Below are positions 24,581-31,976 of a stretch of DNA of 35,159 nt, piece after piece; within the stretch, counting starts at the first letter, position 1; each line of letters begins with the position of its first letter. The notes beneath the pieces are model-generated. The model saw only the letters and a program-made list of their open reading frames with translations. It was not told the DNA's origin and searched no databases. This DNA comes from Gaiellales bacterium. Lineage in GTDB: Bacteria > Actinomycetota > Thermoleophilia > Gaiellales > JAICJC01. The DNA is taken from assembly GCA_033856975.1 (NCBI GenBank), contig JAWVEC010000041.1, forward strand, positions 1 to 35,159, given 5' to 3'. Both the position numbers and the translations under genes were made by a program.

Positions 24581-25542
24581 ACGCCCAGCTCGCGCGCACG
24601 CGCCGAGCGCAGGATGTGATCGGCGAACACGAGGTCGACGGCGCCGTTGCCGAGGTTCTGGCACACGATCAGCCCGGCCGGCCGCGGGTCGCGGATCGCC
24701 GTCCCGCAGTACCCGGCCGGGTCGGGATAGCCGGGAAAGGCGCCACCCTCGCGGTAGCGCAGCAGCTGGCCGACGTCGTCGGCGTACAGATGGCCGGCGG
24801 TGGCCAGGCCGGCGGCCACCGATGTGGCGTAGTCGAGCGGCAGCAGCAGCGCGTCCGGCCGCACCAGCGCAGGATCGATGGTCGCACCCGGGGCGCCGAT
24901 CGGCACCGCGGTGACGATGATGCCGGCGCCCTCGATCGCCTCGGCCTGGCTCTCGACGCACGTCAGCTCGATGGCCGGCGTGCGGTCGGCCGACCACGCC
25001 AGCATCGCCTCCGCCGATCGGCCCGTGCGGGCATGCACTCGCACCCGGGTGCGGCCGATCGCCTGCAGCATCTCGAGATGGGTGCGGGCTTGGAGGCCGG
25101 CACCGGTGATGGCGACGTGACCCACATCGCTGACGGCCAGGGCTTCGATACAGGCGCCGGAGACGGCCGCGGTGCGCGAGCCGGTCAGGGCGGCGGCATC
25201 CATCACGGCCAGCGGCAGCCCGGTGTCGGCGGCGGCCAGGATCACGAGCCCGTTGATCGTCGCCAGGCCGTGACCGGCGGCGTTGCCAGGGTGGACGGCC
25301 ACCCATTTCAGTCCCAGCAGGTCGCCGTCCGCCACGTAGGCCGGCATCGCGTTCGCGAACGCGTCTGGTCGCGGATGCACGGCCGGCTTGGGCGGCAGCT
25401 CGGCGCGGCCGTCGGCAAGCGCGATCAGCGCTCGCCGGGCGAGCGTGATCGCGTCGCCTGGCGATGGCAGCAGCTGTGAGACGTCCGCCCCGCTCAGATA
25501 CAGCAGCGGAGGCGCCTGCTCATGATCGGGCAACCGGATCAC
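24565..25542 (-). CDS. Ornithine cyclodeaminase / mu-crystallin family protein
   Basis: Family-typical LKWVAVHPGN, TGSRTAAVSG and the Rossmann segment VAITGAGLQARTHLEML. GTG start at 25542. The 3' end overlaps the ATPase 3' end by 16 nt. Confidence 0.8.
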   Translation of the reverse strand: MIRLPDHEQAPPLLYLSGADVSQLLPSPGDAITLARRALIALADGRAELPPKPAVHPRPDAFANAMPAYVADGDLLGLKWVAVHPGNAAGHGLATINGLVILAAADTGLPLAVMDAAALTGSRTAAVSGACIEALAVSDVGHVAITGAGLQARTHLEMLQAIGRTRVRVHARTGRSAEAMLAWSADRTPAIELTCVESQAEAIEGAGIIVTAVPIGAPGATIDPALVRPDALLLPLDYATSVAAGLATAGHLYADDVGQLLRYREGGAFPGYPDPAGYCGTAIRDPRPAGLIVCQNLGNGAVDLVFADHILRSARARELGVQLRR

Positions 25543-25576
25543 CGATCCTGTCGACGAGGTGGCCGGTTGATCCTAC

Positions 25577-25605
25577 GGGAGGCGCGCGTCAGACGCGCGC
25601 CTCCC
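25577..25605 (-). terminator. Perfect 12-bp GC hairpin downstream of the sigma-factor gene
   Basis: gggaggcgcgcg tcaga cgcgcgcctccc: 12-bp perfect stem, 5-nt loop. It lies 11 nt after the sigma stop and 35 nt before the downstream GTG. No U-tract on either strand. Confidence 0.6.
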
Positions 25606-25615
25606 GGATCGATGA

Positions 25616-26680
25616 TCAGGCGGCTTCCCGGAGCCCTTCGACGTCCGGCATGCCGGCCAGCTGTGCCAGCGCCTCGGTCTCGAGCTGGCGTACCCGCTCG
25701 CGAGTCAGGCCGACCTCGCGGCCGACCGCCTCGAGCAGCATCGGCTCGCCACCGGTGAGCCCGTAGCGCAGCTCCAGGATCAGCTTCAGGCGCGGGCTGA
25801 GCCGGTCGAGCGCCCGCTTCAGCGCCTCCGTCCGCAGGCCCTCGGCGACCGTGTCGGTCACGTCCTGTGCCGACCGGTCGGCGATCAGGTCGCCCAGCTC
25901 GCTGTCTCCGTCCTCGCCCGACGGGCGCTGCAGGGAGACGGTCTGCGGTCGCAGCCGATCCGCGTCCAGCACCTCGTCCAGCTTCAGCTTTGCCTCGTGT
26001 GCGACCTCCTCGTCGCTGGCCTCGCGGCCGAGCTTGGCCTCCAGCGTGCGCCGGGCGCGGTCGATCTTGCGGATCCGGTCATGCACGTGCACGGGCACGC
26101 GGATCGTCCGGCTCTGGTTGGCGACAGCACGCTGCACCGCTTGGCGAATCCACCAGGTGGCATAGGTCGAGAACTTGAGGTTGCGTCGCCACTCGAACTT
26201 CTCGACGGCACGCACCAGGCCGATCGTGCCCTCCTGGATCAGGTCGAGAAAGCCGACGCCATGTCCTCGGTACTTCTTCGCGATCGAGACGACAAGTCGC
26301 AGGTTGGCTTCGACCATCCGCCGCTTGGCGGCCTCGTCACCGGCCTCGATCCTCTGCGCGAGCTGCTGCTCCTCGTGCTTGGTGAGCAGCGGCGTGCGCC
26401 CGATCTGGGCCAGGTACAGGTCGAGTCCATCGACGCTGCTGGGCGAGTACCACGCCGGCGGCGGGCTGTCGTCGGCCGGCTGCTGCTCCGCGGCATCGAC
26501 CTCGCGAACGGTCACGATCTCGACACCCAGCTCGACCAGCTCGGCGCGCAGTTCGTCCGCATCATCGTCGGTCAGGTCGAGCTCGAGCGTGAGAGCGGCC
26601 AGCTCGTCTCCGCTCAGCTGGCCCTCCTCCTGCGCTCGCTCGACAACCTGCCGAACGTTCGGCTCCTGAATCAACGTCAC
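25616..26680 (-). CDS. Primary-like (group 1/2) sigma-70 factor
   Basis: Region 2: [41 protein letters not shown]. Region 3 is present. Region 4.2: [23 protein letters not shown]. An acidic N-terminal region is also present. GTG 26680 with GAGGGA 7 nt upstream is preferred over the track start at 26749. Confidence 0.88.
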   Translation of the reverse strand: MTLIQEPNVRQVVERAQEEGQLSGDELAALTLELDLTDDDADELRAELVELGVEIVTVREVDAAEQQPADDSPPPAWYSPSSVDGLDLYLAQIGRTPLLTKHEEQQLAQRIEAGDEAAKRRMVEANLRLVVSIAKKYRGHGVGFLDLIQEGTIGLVRAVEKFEWRRNLKFSTYATWWIRQAVQRAVANQSRTIRVPVHVHDRIRKIDRARRTLEAKLGREASDEEVAHEAKLKLDEVLDADRLRPQTVSLQRPSGEDGDSELGDLIADRSAQDVTDTVAEGLRTEALKRALDRLSPRLKLILELRYGLTGGEPMLLEAVGREVGLTRERVRQLETEALAQLAGMPDVEGLREAA

Positions 26681-26991
26681 TGTGTGTCCCTCTTCCCTTG
26701 CAATCCGACTGCCGCCACCCAAAAAGCGGGGCAATCGTTGGTGTTTCAACGGCTGAAAAGTCCCGGCGCGTGCCTCAAGACCCTACTGAGACCCTAGGCG
26801 CTGACCCTTCGAACCTTATTAACGTGTCCCCATGGACTCGTATTCCCGGCTCAGCAACAGCCCTGTTTGTACCGGCAGACGTCGCAGTGCCAGGACGCCT
26901 TCACCCACACCATCTCCGCACCACAGCGAGGACACGAGCTGTCGGCGGTGGTGGTGGGCGCGGTACGCAGTCCGGCCTGGCAGCTGGATGT

Positions 26992-27031
26992 GGGGCGGGC
27001 GACGGCGATGATAAACCGTAGCGCCCGCCCC
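26992..27031 (-). terminator. Hairpin immediately downstream of the TadG-like gene
   Basis: ggggcgggcg ... cgcccgcccc: 10-bp GC stem around a 20-nt loop that can extend the stem (acgg/ccgt). It starts 7 nt after the stop at 27038. Confidence 0.5.
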
Positions 27032-27037
27032 GGATGA

Positions 27038-28069
27038 TCAGCTGGTCAGCTCGACCTGGTAGTCGGAGCCGTTGTTCGGATCGAAGGCGCCGTCGCCGTT
27101 GTTCGGATCGCTGTCCTGGAGGTTCACGAACCGGCCGTTGACCTCTCTGCCGTCGTTGTTCTGGCAGTAGGTCGGATTCGCGGGATCGCCGCAACTCTCG
27201 ATCACGAACCAGGCAAACCCGATCACCTTCACCTGCGAGGCGCCGTTCGGCCAGGTGGTGCCACCCGACATGTCGGTCACGACCGGGATCAGCACCAGCT
27301 GCCTGCTGGAGTTGTCCAGGATCGTGTAGGTGTTGTTGCCGACGAGCTGCACGATCTGGTTGAACGACTTCCAGGTGGTGATACGGGTGTTGAGGCCCTG
27401 GGCTGTGGGGCCGGCGTTCTGACCCGACTTGAGGTCGATCGCCTGGCCGACGTCGATCGAGCAGACGTTGAGTGCGCCCGAGATCTCGTCGCGGTACGGG
27501 TTCGCGCCGTTCGGCGTCGGGCAGTTCGAGGGGTTGGAGAGGTCCTCGTACGGCAGCGAGACGGCGCCGTTGTTGCTGCTCGTGTTGTCGGTGTAGATCG
27601 GGTACGCGCCGCCCAGCACGTAGGAGTTCTTCATCACGGCCCAGGGCATCACGTCGAAGTTCGAGGCCATCGTGGTGATGCTCTTGACGGTAGCGCGGGC
27701 CGATGCCGTGATGGTGGCGTTGTTCTTGCCAAAGAGTTTTGCGAAGAAGCTGGGCGAGGTGCGCGAGACGGTCACCGTGACCGAGTCGTTCGTCGTCAGA
27801 TCGCTCGTGTTGGAGATCGTGGCCGAGTCGCCGCTCTTCTTGTTCTTGGTGAACTGGGCGTTCGCGATCGACTGGGCGGTCGCGAAGTTGACCGGCAGCA
27901 CCGAGGCACCGGCCAGCGCGGATGCGTCTGCGGTGGCCTGAACGGCGCGCTTGTCCTGGTACCACAGGCCGACGTCGATCGCCATCGCGCACATTCCGAG
28001 CAGCACGAACATGAAGACCGTGATCAACACGACCGTCTGACCGCGCTCGTCGCTTCGAGCAGTTGCCAT
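27038..28069 (-). CDS. TadE/TadG-like (Tad_N) pilus-assembly-related protein, isolated from any tad locus in this window
   Basis: The N-terminus ERGQTVVLITVFMFVLLGMCAMAIDVGLWYQDKRAVQATADASALAGA matches the TadG/Tad_N pseudopilin-like signature. The remainder is N/T/S-rich, consistent with an extracellular part. ATG 28069 is preferred over the track start at 28201. Confidence 0.7.
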   Translation of the reverse strand: MATARSDERGQTVVLITVFMFVLLGMCAMAIDVGLWYQDKRAVQATADASALAGASVLPVNFATAQSIANAQFTKNKKSGDSATISNTSDLTTNDSVTVTVSRTSPSFFAKLFGKNNATITASARATVKSITTMASNFDVMPWAVMKNSYVLGGAYPIYTDNTSSNNGAVSLPYEDLSNPSNCPTPNGANPYRDEISGALNVCSIDVGQAIDLKSGQNAGPTAQGLNTRITTWKSFNQIVQLVGNNTYTILDNSSRQLVLIPVVTDMSGGTTWPNGASQVKVIGFAWFVIESCGDPANPTYCQNNDGREVNGRFVNLQDSDPNNGDGAFDPNNGSDYQVELTS

Positions 28070-28215
28070 CGGATACTCACCCCTAGTTAGACCCCGAAAG
28101 ACGCCCCCCGGCGTCCCATACGGCTTAGGATCGGCCGAATGCGCGTAAATTTGCATGCCCCGTGCGGGGATTTCTGGGCACCACATGGGTGAATGGCCCA
28201 TAACCGCCGGGTATC

Positions 28216-28722
28216 GTGGCGAGCATGCGGATCGTTCCCATTCAGCCGGCTCAGCACGCCGCGCTGGGCGAGATCACCGTCGCCGCCTACCGTGGCCTAC
28301 CGGGGCGCCCGACCTCGGATCGCTACGCGGCCATGCTGCGGGACGTCGCCGCTCGTGCCCGCGAGGCGGAGGTGCTGGTGGCGGTCGCTGATGATGGCGC
28401 GCTGCTGGGAGGCGTCACCTATGTCGGCGATGCTGCCAGCGAGTGGGCCGAGTTCGACGCCGCGGACGAGGCCTGCTTTCGGATGCTGGCGGTTTCGGAC
28501 GAGGCGCGCGGCCAGGGCGTGGGGGCGGCCCTGGTGCGGGCCTGCATCGACCGCGCCCGTCGCGACGGCAAGGCCCGGATCTCGTTGCTGACGACGGACA
28601 ACATGCAGGCGGCGCACCGGCTGTACGAACGGTTGGGCTTCCGACGCTCGCCCGAATCGGACATGATCGTCGAGAGCGGTCTGAACCTGCGCTCGTACGT
28701 CTTCGACTTCAAGGGGCACTAG
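28216..28722 (+). CDS. GNAT-family N-acetyltransferase
   Basis: Acetyl-CoA-binding motif A context MLAVSDEARGQGVGAALVRACIDRARRDG and LYERLGFR. ATG 28225 is an alternative start. Confidence 0.85.
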   Translation: MASMRIVPIQPAQHAALGEITVAAYRGLPGRPTSDRYAAMLRDVAARAREAEVLVAVADDGALLGGVTYVGDAASEWAEFDAADEACFRMLAVSDEARGQGVGAALVRACIDRARRDGKARISLLTTDNMQAAHRLYERLGFRRSPESDMIVESGLNLRSYVFDFKGH

Positions 28723-30744
28723 ATGGCAACCATCGTCCGCGAGTTTCCGCATGCGGTGACGGTGATCGAGAACGTCTGGATCCCACTGGCCGACGGCACG
28801 AAGCTGGCCGCCAAACTGTGGCTGCCGACGACGTCCGATCCGGTGCCGGCCGTGTTCGAGTTCGTCCCCTACCGCAAGGGCGACGGGACGGCCTCCCGGG
28901 ACGAGATTCTCTACCGCTACCTGGCCGGCAACGGCTTCGCCGGCGTGCGCGCCGACCTGCGCGGCCACGGCGAGTCGGAGGGCGTGCCGGACGACGAGTA
29001 CACGCAGCAGGAGCTGCTCGACGCGGCCGATGTGATCGCCTGGATAGCCGAGCAGGACTGGTGCACGGGCGCGGTCGGGATGACCGGAATCTCGTGGGGC
29101 GGCTTCAACGCGCTGCAGGTCGCGGCGTTGCGGCCGCCGGCGCTGCGGGCGATCATCACGCTCTGCTCGACCGACGATCGCTACGCCGACGACGTCCACT
29201 ACAAGGGCGGCGCGGTGCTTGCGATCGAATCGCTGCCGTGGGCGAACTACATGCTGATGGCGAACGCGCAGCCGCCCGATCCGCAGGTCGTGGGTGAGCG
29301 GTGGAGCGAGATGTGGCGGCAGCGGGTGGCGGCGGGCTGGCCGCTGGCAGAGACCTGGCTCGAGCACCAGCGCCGGGACGAGTACTGGAAACACGGCTCG
29401 GTCTGCGAGGACTACTCGGCGATCGAGTGCGCCGTCTACGCCGTCGGCGGATGGCAGGATGGCTACACCGATGCCATCCCGCGGCTGCTCGAAGGTCTCA
29501 GCTGCCCGCGCAAAGGATTGATCGGGCCGTGGGGCCATGCCTGGCCCCAGGTGGCCTCTCCCGGACCGGCGATCGGCTTCCTCCAGGAGTGCGTGCGCTG
29601 GTGGGATCACTGGCTGCGGGATCAGCCGAACGGGATCATGGACGAGCCGATGCTGCGGGCCTGGGTGCAGGATTCGGTGCCACCGGCGCCGACCCAGCGG
29701 GAGCGCCCCGGCCGTTGGGTGACGGCGGATCGGTGGCCGCCGGCGTATGTCGAGGCCAGTGTCTGGGCGCTGAACGACGGCTGCCTGGACGGTCAGGCGC
29801 GGCCCACCGTGGAGCGCCGGATTCGCGGCCGCCAGGCCTGCGGCGCCGATTGCGGTGCCTGGTGCGGCCAGGGTGCGACGTCCGATGACCCCGACGATCA
29901 GCGCGCCGAGGACGGCATGTCGATGGTGTTCGACTCCCCGCCGCTGCCGGGGCCGCTGGCGATTCTGGGCGCCCCGCTGGTGTCGATCGAGCTGGCCTCC
30001 GACCGGCCGCAGGCGGCGATCGCGGTGCGGCTGTGCGAGGTGCGGGCGGACGGCGCGTCGCTGCTGGTCAGCCGCCAGCTGCTCAACCTCTCGCATCGCG
30101 ACGGCCACGAGCATCCCCGGCCGCTCGAGCCCGGACGCCGCTATGTGGTGTCGGTCGAGCTGGACGACATCGGCCACCGCTTCGCGGAAGGCAGCCGGAT
30201 TCGGGTGGCGATCTCGCCCACCTACTGGCCGTACCTGTGGCCGTCGCCGGAGCCGGTCACGCTGAGCGTGTTCACGGGGGCGAGCAGCAGCCTGCGGCTG
30301 CCGGTGATCCCGCTCGACGCGCCCGCCCCGGACGAGCAGTTCGGCGAGCCGGAGACGGCCGAGCCCCTGGCGGTGACCGACGTCGCCCTGGCGCACACCT
30401 CTCGGGCACTGACGAGAGACGTGCAGTCGGGTCGCAGCGACCTCACCTTTCACTGGGACTCCGGCGGGGACACGGTGTTCCCCAGCGGCATGCGGATGGC
30501 GTTTGACAACGAGGCGACCTACTCGATCGTGGAGGGCGATCCTCTGTCGGCAGAGGTGCGCTCCGTCAAGGCGATCACCTACCGGCGAGACGCGACGGGC
30601 TGGCTCGTCCGCGTCGAGGCGTGGGGGCGGATGACGTGCGATCTGGACAGCTTCCACCTCGAGCACCGGCTCTCGACCTGGCAGGGCGACACGCTGGTCG
30701 ACGAGCGCAGTTGGTCGCGGTCGATTCCGCGGGACATGACATGA
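28723..30744 (+). CDS. CocE/NonD-family alpha/beta hydrolase (X-Pro dipeptidyl-peptidase S15-like)
   Basis: VWIPLADGTKLAAKLWLP...FEFVPYRKGD, the nucleophile elbow GISWGGF, YKGGA and a C-terminal jelly-roll-like domain. The ATG directly abuts the GNAT stop (TAGATG). Confidence 0.85.
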   Translation: MATIVREFPHAVTVIENVWIPLADGTKLAAKLWLPTTSDPVPAVFEFVPYRKGDGTASRDEILYRYLAGNGFAGVRADLRGHGESEGVPDDEYTQQELLDAADVIAWIAEQDWCTGAVGMTGISWGGFNALQVAALRPPALRAIITLCSTDDRYADDVHYKGGAVLAIESLPWANYMLMANAQPPDPQVVGERWSEMWRQRVAAGWPLAETWLEHQRRDEYWKHGSVCEDYSAIECAVYAVGGWQDGYTDAIPRLLEGLSCPRKGLIGPWGHAWPQVASPGPAIGFLQECVRWWDHWLRDQPNGIMDEPMLRAWVQDSVPPAPTQRERPGRWVTADRWPPAYVEASVWALNDGCLDGQARPTVERRIRGRQACGADCGAWCGQGATSDDPDDQRAEDGMSMVFDSPPLPGPLAILGAPLVSIELASDRPQAAIAVRLCEVRADGASLLVSRQLLNLSHRDGHEHPRPLEPGRRYVVSVELDDIGHRFAEGSRIRVAISPTYWPYLWPSPEPVTLSVFTGASSSLRLPVIPLDAPAPDEQFGEPETAEPLAVTDVALAHTSRALTRDVQSGRSDLTFHWDSGGDTVFPSGMRMAFDNEATYSIVEGDPLSAEVRSVKAITYRRDATGWLVRVEAWGRMTCDLDSFHLEHRLSTWQGDTLVDERSWSRSIPRDMT

Positions 30745-30754
30745 TGACGCTGCC

Positions 30755-30832
30755 ATGATCGATTGCGATATCCACAACCAGACCGGGTATCCGGTGCAGG
30801 TGCGCGACGGCCGCGTGCTGGTGGAGGCATGA
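30755..30832 (+). CDS. Candidate 25-codon small ORF coupled to the SDR gene
   Basis: ATG 30755 to TGA 30830-30832 encodes MIDCDIHNQTGYPVQVRDGRVLVEA. The stop overlaps the SDR start in ATGA. 20 of 24 codons after the ATG end in G/C. No homolog recognised. Confidence 0.25.
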   Translation: MIDCDIHNQTGYPVQVRDGRVLVEA

Positions 30833-31575
30833 CCGGCCGCGTGGCACTGGTGACCGGGGCCGGCCGTGGCATCGGCCGCGCCACAGCGCTGCTGCTGGCC
30901 GAGCGGGGCGCGCGCGTGATGGCGACCGCCCGCAGCGAGTCCGAGCTGGCAACGCTGGGTCTGGACTACGTTGCGGCCGACATGGGCGACCCCGAGGGCT
31001 GCGCCACGGCCGTCTCCGAGACCGAGCGACGGCTGGGACCGATCGAGATCCTGGTCATCAACCACGGCATCGGCTCGGCCCACGAGCGCGTGATCTGGGA
31101 GCAGGATCCCGCCGTCTGGCGCGAGACCATGCGGATCAACCTGGATGGTCCGTTCGAGCTCTCGCGGCTGGTGGTGGGAGGCATGGCCGAGCGCGGCTAC
31201 GGGCGGGTGGCGTACACCAGCTCGACGGCCGGCCAGGTGGCCGAGCAGGCGGGCAGTGCCTACACGTCCTCCAAGCACGGGCTGCTGGGACTGATGCGCT
31301 CGGTGGCGATGGACGGCGGCCCGTTCGGGGTCACCTCGAATGCGGTGCTGCCGGGCTGGGTGCGCACCGAGATGGCCGAGCGGTCGGCCGCCGCGGAGGC
31401 CAGCCAGCGTGAGATCACGGTCGACCAGGTGTGGGCCGAGCGCTCGGCGATGTACCCGCCCGGCAGAGTGGCGACGCCCGAGGAGGTGGCCGAGACGCTC
31501 GCCTTCCTGGTCAGTGACGGCGCCAGCGGCGTCAGCGGCCAGGCGGTCGCCGTCGCACTCGGCAGCCCCTGGTAG
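30829..31575 (+). CDS. Short-chain dehydrogenase/reductase (SDR)
   Basis: TGAGRGIGRA (TGxxxGxG), NHGI, and the catalytic S...YTSSK (YxxxK) with LPGWVRT. The track start at 30763 is an upstream extension. Confidence 0.9.
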   Translation: MTGRVALVTGAGRGIGRATALLLAERGARVMATARSESELATLGLDYVAADMGDPEGCATAVSETERRLGPIEILVINHGIGSAHERVIWEQDPAVWRETMRINLDGPFELSRLVVGGMAERGYGRVAYTSSTAGQVAEQAGSAYTSSKHGLLGLMRSVAMDGGPFGVTSNAVLPGWVRTEMAERSAAAEASQREITVDQVWAERSAMYPPGRVATPEEVAETLAFLVSDGASGVSGQAVAVALGSPW

Positions 31576-31591
31576 CAACCGCCCAGCCACC

Positions 31592-31863
31592 GTGATCTCC
31601 GTAACGCCCGGCGTTCCACGTCCGCGTCGGCCGGCGGCCTCTCGCGACACGGGTAGGGGGTCAGACGCCGTGAACTGTGTCACGATCGGCGTGACAGGGC
31701 AGAATCGGCTGGGCAAGGCCGATCGAGGCGGCCGCTGCGCCCGCGCGGCCGGCGGTGGGGTCAGACGCCTTGATCTCGTGCACGGCCGGCGTTGCGGGCT
31801 CATGGCGGCGCCGGGGCCGAGCTGCGCGCATCGGGTGCGGTGATCTCTGTCACGCCGGGCGTT
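31592..31863 (+). repeat. Four direct copies of a 24-nt motif (consensus about GTGATCTCnGTnACGCCnGGCGTT)
   Basis: Copies: 31592-31615 gtgatctccgtaacgcccggcgtt; 31670-31693 gtgaactgtgtcacgatcggcgtg; 31770-31793 ttgatctcgtgcacggccggcgtt; 31840-31863 gtgatctctgtcacgccgggcgtt. The identical 13-mer ggggtcagacgcc directly precedes copies 2 and 3 (31657-31669 and 31757-31769). Confidence 0.8.
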
Positions 31864-31976
31864 GCGCGCTTGGGCGAGCATCGGTTCCACCCCGATGGCG
31901 TCAGCGTCTGAGGTACCGTCGCCGTCATGCAAAGGGATCGTGCCGCCGCCCCTGGCCGCCCGGTAGGGAGGGCCAA

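Noticed and set aside
23057-25306. 749-aa minus-strand ORF
   Set aside because: It is antisense to the ATPase and out of frame with the cyclodeaminase-family gene. The composition is Arg-rich with no motifs.
26698-27021. 107-aa plus-strand ORF in the spacer upstream of the sigma gene
   Set aside because: It has mixed codon bias and no motifs, and it runs through a terminator hairpin and the promoter region. Non-coding is more likely.
31592-31863. CRISPR array interpretation of the four 24-nt repeats
   Set aside because: The repeats are degenerate. The spacers are unequal (54, 76 and 46 nt). Part of the spacer itself is repeated (the 13-mer prefix). No cas genes or leader are present.
31576-31976. 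Riboswitch (guanidine/ykkC-type or other) controlling the MFS gene
   Set aside because: I could not find the conserved ykkC or mini-ykkC features (ACGR-loop hairpins, GGGA segments) or any other riboswitch core I know. A covariance-model scan would be needed to exclude it fully.
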